From NCBI GenBank assembly GCA_965644295.1, contig CBFFRP010000281.1, positions 1 through 64,000 on the forward strand: DNA of 64,000 nt, read 5' to 3'. The notes under the pieces are model-generated. The model made no database searches and was not told the origin of the DNA. It saw only the letters and a program-made list of their open reading frames with translations. The translations under genes were made by a program, and so were the position numbers. Of the stretch, positions 11,173-22,831 are shown in pieces (position 1 is the first letter of the stretch; every line of letters begins with the position of its first letter). This DNA comes from Paraphysomonas bandaiensis (lineage: Eukaryota; Protista; Chrysophyceae).

Positions 11173-13039
11173 ATGCTGTGTGCTAAACTGCTGGTTTTAA
11201 TTTTTTTTCAGTTTTGCATACATGCGAAGAACTCAGAGCCTGCTGCTGCTGCTGGTGGTGGTGGAGGAGCGAACCGCTTTCGTGGTGCTATCATCCTGAC
11301 AATGGCGGGACAAAAGGCTCCTGACTGTAAGGTGTCGAGCGGCCTGTAACGTGAGCTGACTGTTTGTATTAGATTTGGTGTGGTCTTGTCGAAGTATCGG
11401 CGCAGCGAGCGATCTATTTGATATGATAATATTTCACGAAAATAATCGCTTAATATCTCAAATGCCATGCGCCGAAAATGTTCGTAAAATTAATCTTCAG
11501 AGTCATGGTTTGGCAGCTGCCGTTGCTGCCGGTGTTGTCAAAGGCACATCCCATAACCAGGCCACTCGCAAAAATGAAATCCATGAACTTCTTAAAAAAG
11601 TATTTTCTAAGCTTCCATACTTTTTGGCGGAATTCAAGATTGGGGTGTGGGATTGCTCTTGACAATAATCTGTGTTAATATACTCATTAGACAGGCTTGA
11701 TATTTGAGGAGTATCTGACGGAGTACTCACACTGGACATACACTGACCCGTACGTTGTCATATTGTTCTTGAATAGTTGAAATGTTGACTGATATGTGTT
11801 AGGGATATTCTGTGGGGGCGTTTGTCTGACGTCTTTCGTGAATCGGATATGGCCGCATTCGACTTGATTACCATGGGCAAATCCAATGATGCAAGTAGAC
11901 TATTTTTGCGTGGCCAATTCACCCTGCACAGGTAGCCATCCTACTAGTCCTATGTCACTTCATCTAAGACTGTCACTTTTTTGGTAGAAACGGTCCTGAG
12001 TTGAACTCTCTGTGGCGATCCTTGACGTACATGTCGCCCGGGAATGTTGCTCGACGCATGGGAGGTGTTGTCACTGAGCTCAAAGCCGTTGAGACCCTAC
12101 CCCCACCCGCAAAGGCACAGGAGATACTCAATATCAAGCGTAAATACTTTATTAGTGCAGAAGGGGCCTACTCTTCTTTAGTATTCAACACTAGGAAACA
12201 CAATGTGCTGATAACTGGACGCATGCTGTCAGATAAGAATACAAGACCGGTCATGTGGAAGGTAGAATCACTATTACGATCCATTTCATTTACTTTACTT
12301 CAGTATCATTGTGTGTTATATGGAAATATAACGTGAATTGTTTGTTTTACTATAGGCTGGAACTCTCGTGCGGTGTTCTTGTTCACACACCCATAAGTGC
12401 TTGTCTCATACACCCACTTCGTGTGCCTCCCAGCGATCAATGTCTCATTCCCTTCCGCCTATGTCACTTAAAGAGGTATGTACATCGAGAAACAGTTTAC
12501 TGATAATGAATTTATCTCAGCTTACCGTGGGCATATCGAATGATTGTGGTATGAACTGGTTAGCGCCTGAACATAGGTTGTGCGGGATGCGTCCGAAACT
12601 AGACGAAATCCTCAACGAGGCGGTTTATGTAAATGTATGTTCTATTATACTATATTAGCATCTCTTTTACACCCCGTAATAGGGATCCTGGCATTACAAC
12701 GATGAAAGTGTATCACTTAGATATAAGAATCCATCTGGCGCTATGTTTCACTTTAGGTTAGTTCTATTAGACAAGTGTGGAGCTCACCTTTTTAACGCTA
12801 ATGTGCCGTGTATCAGGGTATGGGAAGATGTATTGTCAAACCGTATTACATCCGCTTTATCGTCAATATCTGATGATTGCTTTATGGCGTATCTTTCTTT
12901 GGAGGATAGAATTATGTACTTTCATCCTTGTAATACGACTTCGGTTCGCGACATACCAATATATACCTATAGGGAGTATAAAGTTGCTCAGTATGTCAAA
13001 TGGAAGCAGCAGACTGAATCAAAACATTTAGTGGTTTAG
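11173..13039 (+). CDS. Secreted/lumenal DUF6625-like putative glycosyltransferase, multi-exon
   Basis: Signal peptide MLCAKLLVLIFFQFCIHA. Spliced exons give PDYLVWSCRSI, PYFLAEFK, FEEYLTEYSHWTYTDP/DILWG (a DxD across a splice) and LRGQFTLHR, the DUF6625 motif order. The 3' exon boundaries are approximate. Confidence 0.65.
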
Positions 13040-13313
13040 TTATGTAGTTATCGTAGCGTATCTGTTCACGATGTTTCATGCTTGCATTTTTTTTCAATAA
13101 TATCATTGAATGTAGAATATGCCATTGTTTTGAAATTGTTTCTTATTGCACATACCTATTCCTTGCTTTCTCAAATTCGTTCACTGCGAAGAGCTTTGCT
13201 ACAAGGTGTTGGTGCTATAGATTTAATAATTTGCAGTGCTGTGTTATTACCGTGCTCTAAAGTCAGGTGTCGGACCACTGTTGTGCATTGTGCCACAGTG
13301 AATGTCTTATTAT

Positions 13314-14312
13314 GAGCAATAGGCGTTTAAGAGTCAGAACTAATGTAGCATTGCAATTTAACTAGTATTTAACTTTGAGCAGTGAAAGTTTTATTATTAG
13401 TAGTAGGCCATAAGAACCGACACCAGATGAGTAGTTAGATGAAGACTAGTCAAGCTAGATCGACCTCTACCAGTATCTAAATAGCACAAATTCTCATATC
13501 CTACTATTTAACGCTACAGAAGCTGTTTGTGCGTCGCCGCAAGCACCAAAGTGCAACCACTTCCATTCTGTGAGGGAGAAGCTCTCTGCGGAATTTAGTC
13601 CTTGAAATACAGAAAAATCAGTCGGGAGAACGCCCCTTAGGATAGGGCTCCTCAGAGCTTTGTGGAGGAGGACTCTGAATCAGTGAGTCAAGTGTTCTTA
13701 ACCTGAGATACATGGACGAGGGGTATGTTAGGGCTCCTGCTTGTCTTTGAATGGCTTTAGCTGCAAGTTGGGCCTGAGGCAGAGGAGTAGCTGACGGAGT
13801 CGGCATCGTGGCGTCTCTGCTGAGGCGGGGGTGGTGGAAGAGGACGGCGACCGCAGTGGCGCATTAGGCCTCCGCTCTACACGTAGTAAGTGTTGAGTGT
13901 TGCTTGATTTAAATCGTGTATTGCTGCATTTTGGGAGCGACTTTCGCTCTATCACACAAAGCAAGGAAATGTTGATATTATACGTGACATCTGCTGACTT
14001 CAGAATTTTTGAGTCCTCCAGGTGAACAGACCATTCCCGGATGCTTGACTTCAGCAGGCAACCCAACACCCCGGTTACCCTTTGAGGTGAGCCCATTCCC
14101 GGATGCCTGTTTATTCGTCAAGGCCCAAAGACGTCTACACAAGTGACACCTATATTAGTGTACGTTGTACGTTGTACCACACAAGCATGTGGCTATGAAT
14201 GGGCAGAAGAATATCTACTGTCTATATTAGTTTCCCGAAGAAAATTTTCCAGTACTTATCCCGTATCCCCAGAACACCACGTAAAGTTGCGAGTCCGACT
14301 TTGTTGAGGGCC
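13314..14312. repeat. Unclassified interspersed repeat (~1 kb), probably a transposon remnant
   Basis: Blocks 13314-13380, 13501-13570 and 13960-14312 match 55601-56080 and, inverted, 56376-56696. Confidence 0.8.
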
Positions 14313-15692
14313 TTTTTAGGGGTATACAAAATCAAAAACAAGTGTAAATCTGCTTTCCATTCTCTTGAATGGATCAATAGAGAATACACACGAAGCAAAA
14401 TATGTTCAACCTCTACACATTAGTCAAATTTATATACAATTATAATAAGTGGAGCGAGTACTGAATTAAAATTTATAATAAATGCCTCCTACCAAATTTT
14501 GAAAAGTAGGTTTTCAAGTGTTGGGCTCAAAATCAAATATATACATTGATACTTGGTCAATATAACTTCTATTACAACTCTAAGTAATCCAATATAATTT
14601 GCAGGTATAATAATATATTTTTACACTTATCGGTGTAAAAGCGAAACAGGTATAAAATTGACATTAATTTGAAAAATAAATGAACACCCTAGAAGAGTGA
14701 AATCACATACACAATATCATCATGGCATCAGATATTGCTTTGGAGTTTGCAGTGGAGTAAGAAAGTAGCCTCTGAACATTGTTGGTATGGAAGCTGATGG
14801 GAAAGTTCACACCCACTGTGACAAAGATGGCCACCCACAACAACGTCTGTATGCAGATCAAGAAGAACAAAGCCAAGAAATACCTTGAGGTATACGTACT
14901 TGGTCAAATATCTACTTTTAAGTGTAATTTTCGAGAACTATTACGTTTTAGGTAGCGTTAATGCCGACTCTTTGACGTCGCAGGCGTGTGAATTTACAAC
15001 TTGATGGCGGTGAAATTCAAGCCGCAATGCACTGCTTAAGAATAACTCTGTCAAGTCACTGGAACTGGACCGTTGCTCTAGTTGCAACTTTGATGGCGTG
15101 AGAGTGAGACTTGTCATTTATGCTTGACGATGTTTTCCCACTTAGCACATCTCTACCAACCACCTGCATACCATCACAGTTAACCCTGATATGGGTAAAG
15201 TAGAGCACTATACGCGTGAACACTATGGCGACATGTTGAGGGTGTCTACTGGACATATGGACGCTATAACTGACAGAAGTGCCTGCAGTGACACCCATAT
15301 CTAGATGTGACATACAGACGACAGGCAGACAGGCAGAGCCGCTTCACTAGCTAGAGAAGATACACAGACGACGAGGCGCACTGTCAAGATCTCGTAGTGC
15401 ATAGACGGTATTCCGTGGTATTATATGGATAGAAAATTTCATGTCCACAAAAATTGGAGGATTGATGCTGGTGCTGGTGATGTATATGTGTACAGAAGCT
15501 CGCATAGGATATATACGCAGCAGTCATACAGTTGCTTACCACTGTATAAACTCATACGATGCTACATAGCCAGCTCCTGTATGCATGATACGCATACGAG
15601 TGTGATACATTGCTAACACTGGCAGTACTGGAGTGCAACACAGCATACCGCATCCTTTCAGACGGCATAAATCGGATAGATATAGTGAGAGT

Positions 15693-17046
15693 ATGTCCAC
15701 GCTATTTGACCAGGGAAACCTTTATGACGAGGAGGGCTCCTTTAAGCCCAAGAACATTATGATCACTGGCGGAGCAGGCTTCATGTGAGAAACTTATAGT
15801 GCTTGTTTTATTCGTTATCTGAAGGCGTTACAGAGCTTCTCATGTGGTCATCTTGCTAGCGAAGAAGTATCCTCAGTGCAAAATTGTTAACTTTGATAGA
15901 TTGGATTGTAAGTGTGTGATGCGCTGCGACTGTGATGTGATAATATTCATTCCATAGACTGCTCCTGTATCGAAAATCTCGATGGCGTCAAAGATTTGCC
16001 GAATTACAAATTTATTTGTGGAAATATTTGCAGTTCTGACCTTGTCAACTATGTTCTTGAGGCAGAAGAAATCGATACCATTATGCATTTTGCCGCTCAG
16101 ACTCACGTTGATAACTCTTTTGGAAACTCTTTTCAGTTCACACAGAACAACATCATGGGTACTCACGTGTTGTTAGAGTCTGCCAAGATCGCTGGGATTA
16201 CTAGATTTATTCATGTAAGCACTGATGAGGTCTACGGGGAACAAGAACTGGGACAGGATGCCATGGACGAAGAACAGGTGTGTTGTGCAGTTTCCAACCA
16301 TTTGGAAATTCTCAATTGGAGGATATTATTGAATCTATTTTATTGTATTCCTGTTGACTTACCGTCTGATATGTTATAGGTTCTTGAGCCCACGAACCCG
16401 TACGCTGCGACCAAGGCCGGTGCCGAATTCTTGGCCAAGTCGTACCACCGCTCCTTTGGTATGCCGATTATCATTACTAGAGGAAACAACGTCTACGGCC
16501 CACACCAATATCCGGAGAAGCTCATTCCAAAGTTTATCAACCAGCTTCTACGCGGAAATAAGGTAACTCTCCACGGAACAGGGCAAAATACTAGGAATTT
16601 CCTGTACGTGGAGGACGTAGCCCGCGCGTTCGAGATCATTCTCTTTAAGGGACAGGTTGGGAATATCTATAACATTGGTGGATCAAATGAGCTCAAGAAT
16701 ATCGATGTTGCCCGCGACCTGATTCGTATTATGGGTTATGCTAATCCTGACGAAATGATGCAATTCGTGGCGGACCGCGCTTTTAACGACTTGCGGTACC
16801 ACATTAACTCGAGCAGGTTATTTGAGCTCGGCTGGCGGGAGCGTATGTCCTGGAAGGAGGGCCTTGAGGAGACCGTGAAGTGGTACCAGAGTCACTCAAG
16901 CAGGTGTGTCAAATGCATTGACATGTTTATTTATCGTGTGTGAGGTGACCTTGACAATGCTCATAATACTGCATAGGTACGGTAACATCGATAATGCTCT
17001 CGTCGCCCATCCTCGTGAGGGACTCAACAAAGGACTGCATCTGTAG
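15693..17046 (+). CDS. TGDS: dTDP/UDP-glucose 4,6-dehydratase (RmlB/TGDS/RHM N-terminal type), 5 exons
   Basis: ITGGAGFIASH, HFAAQTHVDNSF, IHVSTDEVYG, YAATK (YxxxK), RGNNVYGPHQYPEKLIP and DRAFNDLRY; four GT-AG introns; TAG at 17044-17046. Confidence 0.93.
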
Positions 17047-17338
17047 AGTGTAGAAGAGGCACTGATTAGAATTGCCATGTGCTGCAAACTATTCTGTTTT
17101 ACAATATGTGCTGGTTAGGTGATAAGGTTACATTCTTATTCAGTGACATCATTGATAACTAAACATGTTGCATTATAAATATGACGCACTGTTTTCTTCT
17201 TATCTATGATGGGAGTCATTAGTTTGTTGATATGGGTCCTACGATACTTAAATAATGCCGTAGAGAAGTGCATAATCTTAGTAGTAGTAACACAGATAAT
17301 ATAGTCATTAGAATGTACCTCTCTGAAGAGAAAAATAT

Positions 17339-17450
17339 GGGATCTACTATTCAACCTTGTCAAATTTGTTGAATTACCTAGTCACACCAAATTTGTAGTA
17401 TACACCTAGTCATTTAGTCAGTTTATAATGACTGGGTTGACTAGGTGTTT
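17339..17450. repeat. Solo TIR/fragment of the long-TIR MITE family
   Basis: GGGATCTACTATTCAACCTTGTCAAATTTGTTGAATTACCTAGTCACACC matches the reverse complement of 27025-27099. Confidence 0.75.
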
Positions 17451-17808
17451 AGAGGTATTCACACAGCCAAAAATAATAATTTCCACTCAAACATGGGAGC
17501 ATACTCTAGCCATCAATTAATGAAGATGCAAACATTGTACACATACAATACATCACATTTCATCTTCTCAATCAAACGAGAATTGGTGAAGTTCGACAGC
17601 TTCCTTCATTTCATGGGCATCGAATACAACAATCATAGGGTAGCGAAGGATGTCATCAAACGAATTAGTGTTTCGACGTATAAACATACAAGATGCAAGA
17701 TAGTCCTACATACTACATAGTACGTTTTAATTTGGCCATTGTGAGGCGACTACAGGAGTCTGAGCGTCCGTTAAGCCGTTAAGCCATTAAGTCCGTAAGT
17801 ACGGATAG

Positions 17809-17966
17809 CCCTATATCTGTCCTTAATATTTAGTATTCATATCTTCTGATCTGGTAATAACTACTATCTACGTCTCACCTCTCTCCTCTTCTATATATAA
17901 CCACCTATACTACTTCATCCGTATCCTTGTACAGTAATAGCTTCATAGCTTTATAAATCACCCATT
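17809..17966 (-). mobile_element. Degenerate LTR fragment related to the left-edge LTR
   Basis: CCCTATATCTG.CCTTAATA...ATCTTCTGATCT...ATAACTAC.ATCTAC.TCTCA...TAAATCACCCAT aligns with 1997-2124. Confidence 0.7.
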
Positions 17967-18633
17967 TTCAAAATAACTAAGAAACTCTGGTTGTTGACCT
18001 CCATATGTTTTTATCGAGTACTATGCTTGAAGGATTTTTTTTGCAAGTTTTTTTTTCAATCTAGCCCTGATACTTAGTAACAACTTAGTAACACTATATA
18101 GTGTAAAGTGTAATATATACTATTGTTTGTTTTTTGTTATATATCTTCTTCTCATTGTAACTGTTCTGTTTGCTCAGTTCTCCTTTTGAAAAGGACCTTT
18201 TCTACATGTTAAAAGATAAAACACCTGAATTAAAAGTCCTTTTCCATTGTCACCTGTATCAAACACCCTTTTATATCACGTTCGCACACTGTGTTTATTG
18301 TCTATACATTAGAGATTAGAGCTACAAAAGTAGAATTGAGTATTGATTAGTAGAGTAGATTTAGAAGCAAACTCACAAGCTGTACGTAAATGGAAACAAT
18401 AGAAACACATTACCCTACCACATGGAGTTGGAACAGTATTTTTATGAGTTAACTGACTCCAGCTTATACTTTGTAAGAAAAATAACGCTAATTCCTTAAG
18501 TAGCTGCTAAACACGTATGCCATAAGTTGACGAAGTTTTAGTTATTACACTACTAATTCACAACATAATTAAGTGCAGAACCAACTACCACAACGGATTG
18601 CAGATTCAATTTCTCATTGAGGGCGTCTTAGTC

Positions 18634-20398
18634 CTACTGGTTGATATAAGATGTCGTAAAATCCTCTGCAAGCTTCATCATGTTCTCCTCAATCTCCTTG
18701 GTAATAGTGTAATTAGATTTGACAATAGCATCGATAACATCGCTCTTGTGAGATGCTTTGATGAAGTCCAACCAAGAGGCAGCGAATGAAGAAACCTTGG
18801 AAACTTCCACGCGATCAGCGAATCCACGGACACCAATGAAGAGGGTAACAACAATTTCCTCCATCTCCATAGGGACGTACTGTCCCTGCTTGAGGAGCTC
18901 GTACAGACGGACACCACGGTTGAGCTGCTTCTGGGTAGCAGGGTCAAGATCAGAACCGAACTTGGCGAAGGCAGCAACTTCTCTGTACTGGGCTAGCTCA
19001 AGCTTCATGGTACCTGCCACCTGCTTCATGGCCTTGACCTGGGCAGCAGATCCGACACGAGACACAGAGAGACCGACAGAAATAGCAGGACGCTGGCCCT
19101 GGTAGAAAAGCTCAGACTCTAAGAAGATCTGACCGTCCGTGATGGAAATTACATTGGTGGGGATATAAGCGGACACATCACCAGCCTGAGTCTCAATAAT
19201 GGGGAGGGCAGTGAGAGAACCAGCACCGAAGGCATCGCCCATCTTGGCAGCACGCTCAAGGAGACGGGAGTGGAGGTAGAAAACATCTCCAGGGTAGGCC
19301 TCACGTCCTGGAGGACGACGGAGGAGAAGAGACATCTGACGGTAGGCAACAGCCTGCTTGGAGAGATCGTCATAAAAGATCACAGCGTGCTTTCCGTTGT
19401 CACGGAAGTACTCGCCCATGGCACACCCAGTGTAGGGGGCAAGAAACTGAAGAGGAGCTGAGTCGGAAGCAGTAGCAGCAACAATAACACTGTGTCCCAT
19501 GGCTTCAGATTCCTCAAGGGTACCAACAAGCTGAGCGATGGTGGAGCGCTTCTGGCCAACACCAACGTAGATACACATAAGGCGATCCTCCTCAGACTTG
19601 GTCTTCTGGTTGATGATAGTATCAATGGCAACAGCTGTCTTACCAGTCTGACGATCACCAATAATCAACTCACGCTGTCCTCTTCCAATAGGAATAAGGG
19701 CGTCAACTGCTTTCAGCCCGGTGGGCATGGGCTGATGAACAGACTTTCGTGGAATGATACCAGGGGCCTTCACCTCAGCACGAGAGCGAAGCTTGGAGTT
19801 GATGGCACCCTTGCCGTCGATTGGCTCACCCAAACCATCAACAACACGACCAAGGAGCTCAGGTCCAACAGGGACATCGACAATAGCTCCAGTACGCTTG
19901 ACAGTGTCACCCTCAAGGATGGATCGATCGTCACCGAAGATGACAACACCAACATTGGAGTCCTCAAGATTGAGGGCCATTCCTCTGAGGCCAGAGGAGA
20001 AGACAACCATCTCTCCTGCCTGTACCTTGTTCAATCCATATACACGAGCAATACCGTCTCCAACAGACACTACTTTTCCAACTTCGTCAAAAGTGGTGGC
20101 AGACTGCATTGAGAGACAGTTAAAACCACACAGAGATAACTGTTGAAGAGCACCTTAGCAAACTCCTCTGACTTCTGAGAAATTCTCTGTTCAAGATAAT
20201 TCGACAACTCTACAACTGCACCGGAAACATTGGCGAAGTGGCGGCTCTGCATAAGAGAAGGTGTCGCCTACAAGTAAAACCAACGCATGCATCACTCCCA
20301 AGCCAAACAGACTTCCACAATGCACATACCTTCTTCACTGAAGTTCTAGAGAGCCCGAAGGCTTGTTTGCGCAATCCTGACCTCGCTATGGCTGCCAT
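18634..20398 (-). CDS. atp1: Mitochondrial F1-ATP synthase alpha subunit, nuclear-encoded, 3 exons with a targeting presequence
   Basis: GDRQTGKT Walker [23 protein letters not shown] and [18 protein letters not shown]. Introns 20329-20268 and 20153-20104. N-terminus [23 protein letters not shown] is Arg/Ser/Ala-rich and lacks acidic residues. Confidence 0.97.
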
Positions 20399-20699
20399 AC
20401 TCACGTACTTATGTTGCAGATATATATGCTATATAAGTAGCACTGACAGAGTGGTACATGGAAGTGATGATGTTGCTTTGCAACAACAAATCAGCCTCCA
20501 TGAAAATCGTATCTTCAAACGGCATCTGCAGTGGCACTGAAAAATATTCTGTTCTACTACATTCTACATGGTTTGCAGTTGAATACACTGTATTCTACAC
20601 AACGAACAGATCATATCGTTGCACTGATGGACTGTTGCATAAGGGGTCCTCCATCAGAATTGAGAAATTGGAAAGCATAATGTCGTGGTTGTTAATCTC

Positions 20700-21232
20700 T
20701 TGAATTGCAGTGACATATACGATGTTGAACTTTAGAAAGTGGAGGGACGAGAAGCACAGTCTGAGTATGAATGTGTTGGAGAAGGCTTTGCTGTCCATAA
20801 ACCAAATGACAACATGACTGCATTTACTGCACGCCATTCTGACAAGGCTACACGTCTTGTGCGAATCAAATAATCAAGGGAGTCAAACATATGGATTTTT
20901 CTTTGCCAGAATTTGTTCTGGTATATAATGCAGAAAGTATCCTGCTGGAAGGAACTTCTTTCGGCGACTTCAAGAAAGCTAGACTTATTACCTATATGTC
21001 CAACTACCGCAGCTTGCTTCATTTCGAAGTACAATCTAATATTGTTGAGAGGCTCTTTAGTCCTGCAAAATTGATTATGACACTTGAACGTCGAAACATG
21101 AAATAATATCATCTAGAATTGTTGCTATAACTACGAGCCAATGACATGTTGTGGAATACTACTACCCTCCAAGACGCCGTGCAAGATGATCCTGATGTGC
21201 CAGTGGAGAGCGAGAAGTATGATGATGTGTAA
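20700..21232 (+). pseudogene. Degraded hAT-like transposase C-terminal fragment
   Basis: SNIVERLFSPAKLIMTLERRNMK*YHLELLL*LRANDMLW resembles the hAT dimerisation region (S..ER.FS...R..L....E.LL.LR.N..W), interrupted by stops. Confidence 0.6.
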
Positions 21233-21914
21233 TTATGATTCGTAGTCTGTTATTAAAAAGGGGATCACACTATCTATGGCCAATATAATTACTGGGAACT
21301 GGGTACCCATTATATGGACAGAAATGGTTACCAGGTCCTGGCTAAAATCCCCCGAGAAGTATCAATAGATAACTATGTTGTGCTGCTCTTCCGCAATATA
21401 TCCAGAGTATTTCTTTCCATTATGTTTAACGTTTAGTAATGAAATTATCAAGAGACACTCACTCCAAACTTCAAGCACGATGCTCAGAATATTTTGACTA
21501 CGGAACACGAAACATACAGGCCATAGCATACATAATAGCTGTAATCCAAGCCAGTTGTAAATCTAGGTCATTAGTATTGAAAAGGGAATTTAGGTGTTGC
21601 TGGAGAAGTAACTTTATGTTGGAAAATAGCTATCAATACGTCAATACACAAGGGCTATCTCACTACACCAAGAACGTCTGTTGGTAAGAAACTGTAATTT
21701 CACAGCAAATTCCTTTTGCCTTGCTGCGGCTACGTGGAACCATGATTATATCTACTGTCAGATTGTACAGGGACCACGCCCTATAACGTAAAAATACACC
21801 CACTCTAACGTGAAAGAAGCTCCTGTAACAATGAAATCTTAAAGTGCTTTATTCATATTAACTACAGCATTGCCATTATCATATTGCTAGTATATAAAGA
21901 ACTCTGTATAATAG

Positions 21915-22376
21915 TTATTTAGCTTTAGTTCTTTTATATTTCATCTTTGGTGCCTTCTCAGTTTTTTCGTCTGGTTTTGTATCTGCGTTATCTGTACTTG
22001 CTGCCTGGCCAGCTCGATACTTTAGAAACCACATTGCTCCCAAATATATCATATACGCAGGAATCAATAGCAAAAATACCCGACCCCAATTTGTAAAAGT
22101 GGAAGTCGTTTGAGCTGCAATATTGACGACAAATGTGTCGAAATACATTTCTCCTTTGGTTTTATCCTGAGCTGACTGAACGAGTCCAACATATGCGATG
22201 ATATGCAACACAGAAAATATACAGAAATACACAAAATGTGTAGTGTCTGTGGACCCATACCACCAAAAGAGGCGAATTAAAGCGTATAATGCGGACGACA
22301 AGATAATATAGGGCAAATATGTCGTGCCGGCCTTCTGACCTGCCTTAGCGGCTTTCTTTGCAGAAGCATTAGCCAT
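21915..22376 (-). CDS. TMEM208: TMEM208/SND2 (DUF788) ER membrane protein
   Basis: MANASAKK start, TM helices, YFD...Q.....T.W...LLLIPAY motif and a basic C-terminal tail. Confidence 0.85.
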   Translation of the reverse strand: MANASAKKAAKAGQKAGTTYLPYIILSSALYALIRLFWWYGSTDTTHFVYFCIFSVLHIIAYVGLVQSAQDKTKGEMYFDTFVVNIAAQTTSTFTNWGRVFLLLIPAYMIYLGAMWFLKYRAGQAASTDNADTKPDEKTEKAPKMKYKRTKAK

Positions 22377-22831
22377 ATCTTCTTAATTCTCAATGAATAC
22401 ACGTCCAAAGTGAAACGGATGCTTTTGTTCTGCTCTAGTTGTTCTAATCGAATCTATATTCAGAGACCTATACCCATATACTGATGAGATGAACTGCTGC
22501 AGCAACACAGCCTGTGCATGTATAGAGGGTCCAAGTATACAGGAAAAATACTCTAATTGTGAAAACTGAAAATGTCGGTACAAGATTTATAAATTTAAAT
22601 TTGTAAGCTGAAGATGTTGTGAATAGAAACAGCAATTTTGTGTTGTTATGCGTGCGTATACATACATATGTAGACATGTATATGTAAGACCCCCCCAAAG
22701 ATAACTGCGACTGTTTAACATGAACGTATGCGGTATACTGTATATATAGTTACCAAGTACCACTGAGGACCATGCAGCGTATATAGTTGATTCGTAACTG
22801 TAAGTGTATATGTAGAGGTAGTGTAGTGTCT

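Noticed and set aside
18598-20146. Several overlapping and antisense ORFs on atp1
   Set aside because: They are shadow frames caused by the strong codon bias of a highly expressed gene.
18634-20398. NUMT or bacterial atpA contamination
   Set aside because: It has spliceosomal introns and a presequence, and no neighbouring atp operon or mitochondrial genes.
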